Positions 47,425 through 56,318 of a stretch of 64,000 nucleotides of DNA are shown here, one piece after another; the stretch's first letter is position 1, and each line of letters opens with the position of its first letter. The notes under the pieces were generated by a model. The model ran no database searches and was not told the origin of the DNA. It saw only the letters and a program-made list of their open reading frames with translations. A program made the position numbers and the translations under genes. Origin of the DNA: an uncultured Alphaproteobacteria bacterium (GTDB lineage Bacteria; Pseudomonadota; Alphaproteobacteria; Puniceispirillales; Puniceispirillaceae); assembly GCA_937996625.1 (NCBI GenBank), contig CALKVA010000008.1, positions 20,902-84,901 of the forward strand. The letters are read 5' to 3'.

Positions 47425-48648
47425 ATGAAGTCATTGAGAACCAAACGAGACGAGCAACAATGGATGCTCGACCTTGCGCTTAATATGCGTGGTAGAGTTC
47501 AGAATTTTGAGAGAGATGATTGGGAAACACCAAAGCGCGCTCATAATTATCGGATGCTTCCCAAAATGTGGCGCCAAAAAGCAGAGCATGACGAAGCACT
47601 GGCAAAACAGGCTGAAAAACAAGGGTTTCTGATGACGGCATTAGAACATTACGAACATGCGGTTGAATCCTACAGAATGGCGCAGCACCCTATATATTTT
47701 GACGATAATCCAGTGAAAATATATCTCACTCAAAAACTAGCAGAGATGGTTGATAGAAGAAGTGCTATTTCGCCCTACCCCATAGAGCGAGTTGAAGTAC
47801 CGTTCGATGGTGGCAAAACCATATCCTGTCTTTTGCACCTGCTCCCAGATAGACGCAAAGCACCATGCGTCCTTTATGTTCCAGGAATGGATCAGACAAA
47901 AGAATATTTCCCAAAGGTTATGAATAATCTTGGCATAAATAGGGGTATGCACGTTATTTCAATGGATGGCCCTGGACAGGGCAATTCAAACATGCAGAAA
48001 ATTCGTGCTGTTGGGGATAATTATGAACGTGCAGGGGCTGCTGTTATCTCATACCTTCAAACCAGAGAAGAAATAGATAGCGATCGTATCGGCATATATG
48101 GTGTTAGCATGGGCAGTTATTGGTCACTTCGTCTTGCAAGTTATGATCACCGTGCCGCCGCCATCGCTAGCGGTGTTGCATGTTTCAATCCTAATAACAC
48201 CATTTTTTCTGTATCCTCACCGCGCTTCAAGCAGATGTTTATGTATATGGCTGGATTAGATGATGAAGATGAATTTGATAAGATGTCATCTGAAATGACG
48301 GTAAAAGGATATTCTGAAAAAATCTCCTGCCCAACATTACTGGCTACTGGTGAATTTGACCCGCTATGCCCCTTGGAGGATGCAGTTGAGGTTTTTGAAG
48401 ACCTGAAATGTAGCAAAGAAATGTGGGTTATTGAAGATCAGTTTCATCCCTTATGGGGAATCCCCAATCTAGGCAAACTTGATTGTCATCACTATATTAT
48501 GGATTGGCTGCAACGTGTCTTATTTTCAGAAAATCCAGCAGATGGGGTAGCTGATGGGCGTATTGCCTATGTTGCTAATGGGGGTGATGGGCCATTTGGT
48601 GATTGCGAATGGGAGCCTCCTATTGGAGCAGATGACGCCTATTTCTAA
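47425..48648 (+). CDS. alpha/beta hydrolase with N-terminal helical domain (DUF1100 / 2,6-dihydroxypseudooxynicotine-hydrolase-like)
   Basis: 407 aa. Nucleophile elbow GVSMGSYW, later GEFDPLCP (Asp) and DQFHPLWG (His). Confidence 0.7.
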   Translation: MKSLRTKRDEQQWMLDLALNMRGRVQNFERDDWETPKRAHNYRMLPKMWRQKAEHDEALAKQAEKQGFLMTALEHYEHAVESYRMAQHPIYFDDNPVKIYLTQKLAEMVDRRSAISPYPIERVEVPFDGGKTISCLLHLLPDRRKAPCVLYVPGMDQTKEYFPKVMNNLGINRGMHVISMDGPGQGNSNMQKIRAVGDNYERAGAAVISYLQTREEIDSDRIGIYGVSMGSYWSLRLASYDHRAAAIASGVACFNPNNTIFSVSSPRFKQMFMYMAGLDDEDEFDKMSSEMTVKGYSEKISCPTLLATGEFDPLCPLEDAVEVFEDLKCSKEMWVIEDQFHPLWGIPNLGKLDCHHYIMDWLQRVLFSENPADGVADGRIAYVANGGDGPFGDCEWEPPIGADDAYF

Positions 48649-48745
48649 TATAAGCTTAACTATTAAAAAAAGGCAGCTTGCATTCGCCCAAACTGCCTTT
48701 TTCCCAAACTGCGTTTTTATAGTTTCATTTGAAACCGAAAATTAA

Positions 48746-49810
48746 CTAGAGACCTAGTAGCTTTTCTGCATTGCCACCGACAATCTTCGCGATATCTTCT
48801 TCTGTAAGAGATGTAGTGCCTGTAACATGACCAATTGGATCATCTTCAGCCATATCATACGGATAGTCAGTTCCCATCACAATTTTATCAGACCCATAGA
48901 TCTTTACAAGATAATCTAACTGCTCATAGGTAAACACAACTGTATCAAAATAGATTTTGCGCAAATAATCAGATGGCTTGCCCTTAATTATTTCGCGGCA
49001 ATCTGGGCGTGCACCCCATGCATGGTCGATACGTCCTGCATAAGCTGGCAGATATCCCCCGCCATGAACCGCAAGTATCTTAAGATTTGGATAGCGCTCA
49101 AGTGTCCCATCAAAAATCAAATGATGAATAGCAACTGTTGTATCAAGAGGGTTTCCGATGATGTTATTGAAATAATGGTTTAGGAAACGGTCGCCTTGCG
49201 GATATCCGTTCGGGTGCAACACCATTAATGTGTCAAGCTTTTCTGCCATTTCCCACATTGGATCAAGACTTCTATCTGATAGCTCAGTACCATTTACAGA
49301 TCCTAGAACCTGAAATCCTTTTAGACCTAATTCTTTTACACCGCGTTCCATTTCACGTGCAGCAGCATCACCATCCTGAAGTGGTAAATGTCCTAGCGCT
49401 AGAAATCTGTCAGGGCGAGATTGCGCAATAGATGCTAATTTATTATTGATGGTCTGGATAGCTTTATGGCCAACAGAATTTCGGACTGAATAATATGCCT
49501 GAAAAGGAACAGGAATAAGCACCTGCATATCAATTCCTTGACGGTCCATATCACGAAGGCGCTGATCCAAGTCTGTTAGATGAACGATTCTATCCTCTTG
49601 GTTTTGCTTCACATTTTGAGCAGTAGTGCGCGGATTTGTATATCTAACAGCTGGAATAGCCATCGGATTTAAAATCCCGTCTACAAGATCATGAGCCTCT
49701 TGAACATGAAGATGACAATGCGCGTCAATTGTAAGACGCGACGGACGAGTTTCTGCCCCTGACTTACCATGTTTTCTGGCAGCTGTTGCGCCATAAGGTC
49801 TTAATTCCAT
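48746..49810 (-). CDS. amidohydrolase-2 family protein (ACMSD/LigW-type non-oxidative decarboxylase-like)
   Basis: 354 aa. IDAHCHLH, LMVLHPNG, LAVHGGG, MGTDYPYD metal-ligand pattern. Confidence 0.75.
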   Translation of the reverse strand: MELRPYGATAARKHGKSGAETRPSRLTIDAHCHLHVQEAHDLVDGILNPMAIPAVRYTNPRTTAQNVKQNQEDRIVHLTDLDQRLRDMDRQGIDMQVLIPVPFQAYYSVRNSVGHKAIQTINNKLASIAQSRPDRFLALGHLPLQDGDAAAREMERGVKELGLKGFQVLGSVNGTELSDRSLDPMWEMAEKLDTLMVLHPNGYPQGDRFLNHYFNNIIGNPLDTTVAIHHLIFDGTLERYPNLKILAVHGGGYLPAYAGRIDHAWGARPDCREIIKGKPSDYLRKIYFDTVVFTYEQLDYLVKIYGSDKIVMGTDYPYDMAEDDPIGHVTGTTSLTEEDIAKIVGGNAEKLLGL

Positions 49811-49939
49811 TTTTATCCTCCAAAAAAACCATCAAAAATACCAGACCCTGCGTTTACGTACCCCAACAGAGACATGGCGTGTTAAAAATTTATCTTCTTT
49901 TTTTGCGTGACTTCGTTTGAAGTCTACCCAATTCCGCAA

Positions 49940-49951
49940 AATATCGATAAT
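49940..49951. promoter_or_regulatory. palindromic operator candidate AATATCGATAAT (copy 2 of 5)
   Basis: Exact core at 49942-49949 in the 253-bp divergent region between the ACMSD-like amidohydrolase gene (-) and CoA-transferase subunit A gene (+). Confidence 0.55.
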
Positions 49952-50063
49952 ATGCTACAAAAGATATACATAAAACAACAGATATTTTAAACAAAACTTG
50001 ATAAATGAGAATTTTTTTAAATGTACACTTGCTTTTACATTTTGATTATGGCGTGCTCTGGCC

Positions 50064-50939
50064 ATGATTGATAAGGTTATGACTGCGCAACAAGCAGTCA
50101 AAAAATACATCCATAATTCAGATACAGTCTTCATTGGCGGCTTTGGACATGCCATTGCGTTCGCAATTGCACATGAAATAGTTCGACAAAAAAAACACAG
50201 TCTTCATCTTGTAAAGACAGGAGCTGATATTGTTTTTGATTTGCTGATTGCAGGTGGGTGTGCCAGCAGATTAAGCTGCGGATGGTATGGTAATCCAGGT
50301 ATCGGCATGAGCAATATAATCAGCAAAGCTGTTGCGTCAGGTGAGCTTGCATTAACCGAAAGCACAAATTTTTCGATGATGTTGCGCTTGCATGCTGGCA
50401 AGCTTGGGGTGCCTTTTATCCCCTCGCCTATATTAGCTGATGGCGATTTAGCTGGCAGTGTTAATGGTATTAAAACGATAAAATGTCCGTTCACAGAGGC
50501 ACAATATCAAGCACATAGTGCCTTAAATCCAGATGTGGCCATCATTCATGCACAACGTAGTGACATGAATGGAAATGTTCAGCTATGGGGTTCTGTTGGT
50601 GATACAATTGAGGGCTGTGAGGCATCACAAAAAATAATCTGTTCTGTTGAAGAAATCTGCGAGAGCGAGGAAATACTTCTCTGCCCGCATCTAACAAAGC
50701 TACCAGCGCATAAAGTCGTCGCTGTCATAAAACAGCCCTTTGGCGCATACCCCTCTTATTTGCATGATTATTATCAAAGAGATGAGAGATATTACGCAGA
50801 GTATACAAGCGATACCAAAGATAGCTTGAAATCAGATGAATGGCTTCAAACAAGCGTTTTTGACCATGAAGACTTTGATAGCTATCTTAACAGCTTGCCC
50901 GGCACGCTATTAGACCAATTAGCCTGGAGCAAATCATGA
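50064..50939 (+). CDS. family I CoA-transferase, subunit A (glutaconate CoA-transferase-like)
   Basis: 291 aa. N-terminal KVMTAQQAVKKYIHNSDTVFIGGFG. ATGA overlap with subunit B. Confidence 0.75.
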   Translation: MIDKVMTAQQAVKKYIHNSDTVFIGGFGHAIAFAIAHEIVRQKKHSLHLVKTGADIVFDLLIAGGCASRLSCGWYGNPGIGMSNIISKAVASGELALTESTNFSMMLRLHAGKLGVPFIPSPILADGDLAGSVNGIKTIKCPFTEAQYQAHSALNPDVAIIHAQRSDMNGNVQLWGSVGDTIEGCEASQKIICSVEEICESEEILLCPHLTKLPAHKVVAVIKQPFGAYPSYLHDYYQRDERYYAEYTSDTKDSLKSDEWLQTSVFDHEDFDSYLNSLPGTLLDQLAWSKS

Positions 50940-51706
50940 ATACAAACACAGCATCCAGCGATAATAACAACGGTATGGAAAAGCCGTTAATTACAGATGA
51001 GATTATCTCACAAGCCCGCGCCGCTTTTATGGCGGCACGTGAAATTAAAGACCATCAGACATTATTTGTTGGCATAGGTTTGCCATGTCTTGTTGCGCAT
51101 CTTTCTCAATCTGTTTTATCCCCTAACTGCCATCTCGTTTTCGAATCGGGATTGATGGAGGTCGCATGCGAAACACAGCCTCTATCAACTGCCAGCGCCA
51201 ATATCGCGAAAACTGCAAAAATGCATGGCTCCATGCTAGATGTTTTTAGTATGCTTCAGCGAGGCGAGATTGATGTTGGCTTATTATCAGCAGCACAAAT
51301 TGACATACATGGCCACCTCAATAGCAGTAGGTTAACTACAAAATCTGGGAAAACTTTATCATTGCCAGGCTCAGGAGGGGCGCATGACATTACCGTTTTA
51401 GCCAATAAAGTAATTGCGGTGATGCCATCTGACCCAAGGCGATTTGTAAATAATGTTGATTTTATAACCTCTCCAAACAGCCCTTATGGCAATAGAGAAG
51501 GTGTGGCAGGCGTTGCAATGCCAGATGCTTACTTTAGCTTTGATACTGGCAGGCCTATTCTGCAAAAAATTTATTCAGATAGGAATGCTGATTCGATAAA
51601 TGAATCTCTTAATTGGGATTCCGAGATTTCAGATAGCCTTGAGATAGTAAATCCGCCAGAGGGTGATTTGATAGAAAGAGCTGGAATATTTCTAAAAAAT
51701 AGTTAG
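50936..51706 (+). CDS. family I CoA-transferase, subunit B
   Basis: 256 aa. VFESGLME (catalytic Glu region), LPGSGGAHD. Confidence 0.75.
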   Translation: MNTNTASSDNNNGMEKPLITDEIISQARAAFMAAREIKDHQTLFVGIGLPCLVAHLSQSVLSPNCHLVFESGLMEVACETQPLSTASANIAKTAKMHGSMLDVFSMLQRGEIDVGLLSAAQIDIHGHLNSSRLTTKSGKTLSLPGSGGAHDITVLANKVIAVMPSDPRRFVNNVDFITSPNSPYGNREGVAGVAMPDAYFSFDTGRPILQKIYSDRNADSINESLNWDSEISDSLEIVNPPEGDLIERAGIFLKNS

Positions 51707-51796
51707 CTGATAGCCTGTCATTTTGATTTAATTCCAATTTTAGGTAGTTTTTTGTATAGACAAATTTTCTACAATCGTTAAATCCTAATAAAACAA

Positions 51797-51808
51797 ATTA
51801 TCGATAAA
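51797..51808. promoter_or_regulatory. palindromic operator candidate ATTATCGATAAA (copy 3 of 5)
   Basis: Exact 10-bp palindrome TTATCGATAA at 51798-51807, 39 nt upstream of the LigI-like amidohydrolase start. Confidence 0.55.
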
Positions 51809-51847
51809 TCAATTATCTAAATATAAAGCGAAATTTGGAGACAAAAA

Positions 51848-52741
51848 ATGACTATCCGAGATTGTATAGCACCAGATAGAAACCCTAGAAAGCCAGATAT
51901 CACTTTGCCAAAAGGCAGTATTGACACCCATGTGCATATATTTGAAAGCCACTTTCCGTTGTTTGAAGGACGTGGATATAATCCGCCTAACTCGACATTA
52001 GAAGATCTTATCCATCTGCATACGACGCTTGGGGTAGACAGAGTAGTCTTCACGCAGCCATCAGTTTATGGTGTTGATAATTCAGCCATTCTTAAAGGAA
52101 TGAATGTATTAAATGAGAAAGTTGCCAATAAGGCACGTGGTGTTTGCGCTATTAAAATGGATGCATCAGAAGCCTCACTGCAAGAATTGCATGACCAAGG
52201 AATTCGCGGCGTTAGACTGAATCTTGATAATAAAGGCGGAATGCCACTGGAACTAACAGAAATATCAAAGCTTGAAGACAAAATTAAAGGCTTTGGTTGG
52301 CATCTAGAATATTTATTCCCAGGCAAAGATATTGTTGAGTTGGAATCTGTGTTATCTAATGCTTCTGTGCCTGTTTCTATCGGGCATTTTGCCTATCAGC
52401 CTGCAACAGCTGGCATTAACGCGGATGGTTTCAAGACATTATTACGACTTGTAAAAGACGGAAATACCTGGATCAAAATTTCGGGTGCTAACCGAGTAAG
52501 TGAAACCGACCTTCCTCCCTATGATGATGTTCTGCCAATGGCACGGGCTCTAGTTGAAGCAAATCCAGATAATGTAATGTGGGGAACAGACTGGCCTCAT
52601 CCAAACAAATATGAAGTAAATCCCAATGATGGTGATTTGGTGAATTGGTTTGGTGAATGGATAACAGATGATGCCATGCGCAAACGCATTATGGTAGATA
52701 ATTCAGAAGCGTTCTACGATTTTGGCGCCTATCAAGGATAG
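51848..52741 (+). CDS. amidohydrolase-2 family hydrolase/lactonase (LigI / COG3618-like)
   Basis: 297 aa. IDTHVHIF at the N-terminus, VMWGTDWPHP near the C-terminus. Confidence 0.8.
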   Translation: MTIRDCIAPDRNPRKPDITLPKGSIDTHVHIFESHFPLFEGRGYNPPNSTLEDLIHLHTTLGVDRVVFTQPSVYGVDNSAILKGMNVLNEKVANKARGVCAIKMDASEASLQELHDQGIRGVRLNLDNKGGMPLELTEISKLEDKIKGFGWHLEYLFPGKDIVELESVLSNASVPVSIGHFAYQPATAGINADGFKTLLRLVKDGNTWIKISGANRVSETDLPPYDDVLPMARALVEANPDNVMWGTDWPHPNKYEVNPNDGDLVNWFGEWITDDAMRKRIMVDNSEAFYDFGAYQG

Positions 52742-52816
52742 TTAGTTTATTCCTTAATTTTAGGATACATCTTATTTATATAGTAAGGTGTATCCGTCCT
52801 AAACTGGAGAATATCG

Positions 52817-53578
52817 ATGGCTGAAGAAGTTAAAAAAGTTGCTCTTATAACTGGGGGCGGCACTGGAATTGGACGGTCTGCTGCGTTAGCACTGCAGAAG
52901 GATGGTTTTCATGTAATTGTATGCGGGCGACGCGTCGAGCAGCTTGAAGAGACGGCATCTCTTGGTACAACTGACAAGCCAGCGATCACAGCAATTGCAG
53001 CAGATGTGACAAACGGCGCTTCTGTTAAATCGCTATTCTCAGAAATAGAAAACAGCTATGGCAGATTAGATATCTTATTTAATAATGCAGGCATGGGCGC
53101 TCCTCGTGTTGAGTTGGATGAGCTAGCTGAAGATGCATGGCGTAACTGCGTAGATGTCAATCTAACTGGCAGTTTTCTATGCGCACAAGCAGCGTTTAAA
53201 ATCATGAAATCTCAATCCCCTCAAGGGGGCCGAATTATTAATAATGGCTCTATTAGTGCACACGCACCAAGACCTAATACCATCGCATATACAGCTACAA
53301 AACATGCCATTACTGGCATGACAAAAACAATCGCTCTGGATGGCAGAGCCTATTCAATTGCTTGTTCACAATTAGATATTGGAAATGCAGATACAGCTAT
53401 TGGTAATAGATTTACCAAAGGAGTGCCTCAGGCTAATGGAGAGATAATGGTTGAACCTGTGATTGAATCTGATGAATGCGGACGTGCAGTTGCCTATATG
53501 GCAAGCCTTCCTCTTGATACAAATATTCTGAACATGACCATAATGGCAACAAATATGCCGTTTGTTGGAAGAGGCTAA
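52817..53578 (+). CDS. short-chain dehydrogenase/reductase (SDR)
   Basis: 253 aa. TGGGTGIG, NNAG, YTATKHA (YxxxK). Confidence 0.9.
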   Translation: MAEEVKKVALITGGGTGIGRSAALALQKDGFHVIVCGRRVEQLEETASLGTTDKPAITAIAADVTNGASVKSLFSEIENSYGRLDILFNNAGMGAPRVELDELAEDAWRNCVDVNLTGSFLCAQAAFKIMKSQSPQGGRIINNGSISAHAPRPNTIAYTATKHAITGMTKTIALDGRAYSIACSQLDIGNADTAIGNRFTKGVPQANGEIMVEPVIESDECGRAVAYMASLPLDTNILNMTIMATNMPFVGRG

Positions 53579-53669
53579 TCATATTAATAATAGCTCCTCT
53601 GGCTAATAATCAAGTCCTCCGATATGGCTATAAATGGGTAGATGACAAAAAGGCAGACTGGAAAAAAAG

Positions 53670-55361
53670 ATGGATGATAAAAAAACTGGGATTAAACAAA
53701 ATCTAACAAATTACGGAGATCTTGGTTTTTCCACATTTCTGCGCAAATCATTTATCAAAGGGTTAGGCTATTCTGATGAAATGCTGGATAAACCAATTGT
53801 TGGTATCATTAACACCTTCAGCGATTATAATTCCTGTCATGGAAATGTGCCTGATTTAATTCAAAGCGTAAGAGCTGGCATTTTGGCAAAAGGGGCTATT
53901 CCTCTTGAATTCCCCACAATTTCTGTTCATGAAGCTTTTTCTTATCCAACTTCAATGTATCTTCGCAACCTTATGGCAATGGATACAGAGGAGATGATTA
54001 GAGCACAGCCTATGGATTCATGTGTGCTTATTGGTGGTTGTGATAAAACGGTTCCTGCCCAATTAATGGGGGCCTTAAGCGTTGATATGCCTGTAATTCA
54101 GCTTGTAACTGGTCCAATGTTAACAGGCTCTCATAGGGGCGAGCGCGTAGGCGCATGCACAGATTGCCGGAGATTATGGGCTAAATTTAGAGCAGATGAA
54201 ATCGATGAGGCAGAAATTAATGAGGCCAATAATCAGCTTGTACCAACGGTTGGTACCTGCGGTGTGATGGGAACAGCTAGTACCATGGCGATGATTGCTG
54301 AAACACTTGGAATAATGCCACCTGATTCTTCCTGCGCTCCTGCTGTATCTTCTGAGAGGCGCAGAATCTCTGAAAAAACAGGTCAGATAGCGGTTGATAT
54401 CGCAATAAACAAACGCAGGCCAAGCAGTATCCTTACCGCAAAATCATTTGAAAATGCCTTAATGGTACTTCTTGCGATCGGGGGATCTACTAATGCCCTT
54501 ATTCATCTTGCAGCAATTGCAGGGCGCATGGGTATAAAGCTGGATATGGAATCATTTGATGCGCTTTCGCGAACCATACCTGTTATTGTTGATTTAAAGC
54601 CTTCAGGTGAAGGGTATATGGAAGATTTATATAAAGCAGGTGGTCTTCCGCGAATTCTTCTTGAATTGAAAGATAAGCTGCATCTTGATGTCTCCACCGT
54701 TACTGGAAAAACACTGAGGCAAACAATCGAGGAGACTGAGTTTTCATGGCAGCAAAATATTGTTAAATCAGCAGCAGACCCTATTTACCGCGAAGGCGGG
54801 ATGGCCGTTCTTAAAGGCAATCTTGCTCCAAATACAGCCATTATAAAACAATCTGCTGCAAGTGATAGTCTTCTTACTCACTCAGGGCGAGCGGTTGTGT
54901 TTGATGGGCTTGAAGATTTGGCAAACAGAATAGATAGCGAAGAGCTAGATGTTCATAAAGAGGATATCTTGGTGTTGAGATATATTGGACCCAAAGGAGC
55001 CCCTGGAATGCCAGAGGCAGGCCTAATTCCTATTCCAAAAAAGCTCGCACGACAAGGTGTCAAAGACATGGTTCGGATTTCGGATGGGCGTATGAGTGGA
55101 ACGGCATCTGGCACTATCATACTTCATGTTTGTCCAGAAGCAGCAGATGGTGGTCCGCTGGCGCTTGTCCAAACCGGCGATAAGATAAGCCTTGATGTAA
55201 ATTCAAGAAGCCTGCATCTGCATGTAGAAGATAGTGAACTTGCCAGACGCCAAGAAACGCTTGATCTCAGGAGATTTATCGCCAAAAGGGGCTACCATAA
55301 ATTATATATGGAACATGTCTTGCAGGCAGATGAAGGGGTGGATTTTGACTTTCTCGTTTAG
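53670..55361 (+). CDS. IlvD/Edd-family dehydratase (sugar-acid dehydratase-like)
   Basis: 563 aa. GGCDKTVPAQLMG, TCGVMGTASTMA, ISDGRMSGTASG. Confidence 0.88.
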   Translation: MDDKKTGIKQNLTNYGDLGFSTFLRKSFIKGLGYSDEMLDKPIVGIINTFSDYNSCHGNVPDLIQSVRAGILAKGAIPLEFPTISVHEAFSYPTSMYLRNLMAMDTEEMIRAQPMDSCVLIGGCDKTVPAQLMGALSVDMPVIQLVTGPMLTGSHRGERVGACTDCRRLWAKFRADEIDEAEINEANNQLVPTVGTCGVMGTASTMAMIAETLGIMPPDSSCAPAVSSERRRISEKTGQIAVDIAINKRRPSSILTAKSFENALMVLLAIGGSTNALIHLAAIAGRMGIKLDMESFDALSRTIPVIVDLKPSGEGYMEDLYKAGGLPRILLELKDKLHLDVSTVTGKTLRQTIEETEFSWQQNIVKSAADPIYREGGMAVLKGNLAPNTAIIKQSAASDSLLTHSGRAVVFDGLEDLANRIDSEELDVHKEDILVLRYIGPKGAPGMPEAGLIPIPKKLARQGVKDMVRISDGRMSGTASGTIILHVCPEAADGGPLALVQTGDKISLDVNSRSLHLHVEDSELARRQETLDLRRFIAKRGYHKLYMEHVLQADEGVDFDFLV

Positions 55362-55412
55362 CTTCGGGTCTGGTTTTGTTTTTGGTACGCTGAATGACTA
55401 GAACTATCTGCT

Positions 55413-56318
55413 ATGAATTCTAATATATTTATTGGCGTATTATGGATGGTATTAACAACCATTTGTTTTTCGCTAACGCTGACAGTTGTTCGCTATATCG
55501 GAACAGATATGCCAGCAACACAAGCTGCATTTATTCGTTATTTGTCAGGTGCAATCATACTGGCACCTTTCTGGCTGCCTGTTATGCGGCGATTATTAAT
55601 AGATACAAAAAACCAACCATCAGAAGCCATAAAGATGAAACGAAAAAGTCTACGATTCTTTGTTTTGCGCGGGGCTATTCATAGTATAGCGGTAATTTTA
55701 TGGTTTTATGCAACTATTCATATTCCAATTGCCGAAGTCACCGCTATTGGATATTCAATTCCTCTTTATGTTACAATCGGGGCAGCTTTGTTTTTTGGCG
55801 AGCATTTAAAGCCATACCACCTAATAGCACTTGGTATTGGATTTATAGGCGCGATGGTCATTATTAGACCTGGTTTTCAGCAAGTCTCTCTTGGACAATT
55901 GGCACAATTGCTTGCCTCCCCAATATTTGCAACTTCCTACCTGATGGCAAAACGCCTTTCTTTCAAAGAAAGCTCAATGGTTATTGTTGGTATGCTAAGC
56001 TTATTTGTATCTATGGCTCAAATACCAATGGTGCTGGTAGTATGGGAGAACCCAGATTTTTTTGATGTTATTTGTCTTGGGTTAGTAGCTATTTTAGCAA
56101 CAACTGGGCATTATGCTATGACACAATCTTTCCGCCTTACGCCAATGACGATTAGCCAACCTGTCACTTATTTGCAACTTGTCTGGGCAAGTATTATGGG
56201 CATTTATCTATTTGGTGATAGGTTTGATATTTTTGTGATACTGGGCGGAGCCATGATAACACTCTCTGCCACTGTAATTGCGTATTTGGATACAAGAGCT
56301 CCAAAAGATGCTATTTAA
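55413..56318 (+). CDS. DMT-superfamily (EamA) transporter
   Basis: 301 aa, 10 predicted TM helices in two EamA halves. Confidence 0.8.
   Translation: MNSNIFIGVLWMVLTTICFSLTLTVVRYIGTDMPATQAAFIRYLSGAIILAPFWLPVMRRLLIDTKNQPSEAIKMKRKSLRFFVLRGAIHSIAVILWFYATIHIPIAEVTAIGYSIPLYVTIGAALFFGEHLKPYHLIALGIGFIGAMVIIRPGFQQVSLGQLAQLLASPIFATSYLMAKRLSFKESSMVIVGMLSLFVSMAQIPMVLVVWENPDFFDVICLGLVAILATTGHYAMTQSFRLTPMTISQPVTYLQLVWASIMGIYLFGDRFDIFVILGGAMITLSATVIAYLDTRAPKDAI

Noticed and set aside
48668-48700. Terminator after the alpha/beta hydrolase gene (AAAGGCAG-N16-CTGCCTTT)
   Set aside because: The GC core is only 5 bp and the loop is 16 nt. This is too weak to annotate with confidence, although the T-run after it fits termination of the plus-strand operon.
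52763-52795. Hairpin GGATACA-N19-TGTATCC between the LigI-like and SDR genes as a terminator
   Set aside because: The stem is short (7 bp), the 19-nt loop is A+T-rich, and no U-tract follows. It is insufficient for a terminator call, though it could be a weak regulatory element.
52806-52820. Sixth operator copy at the SDR start (GAGAATATCGATGGC)
   Set aside because: It is only a 7/8 match (TATCGATG) and overlaps the start codon. Similar 7/8 matches occur about a dozen times inside coding regions.
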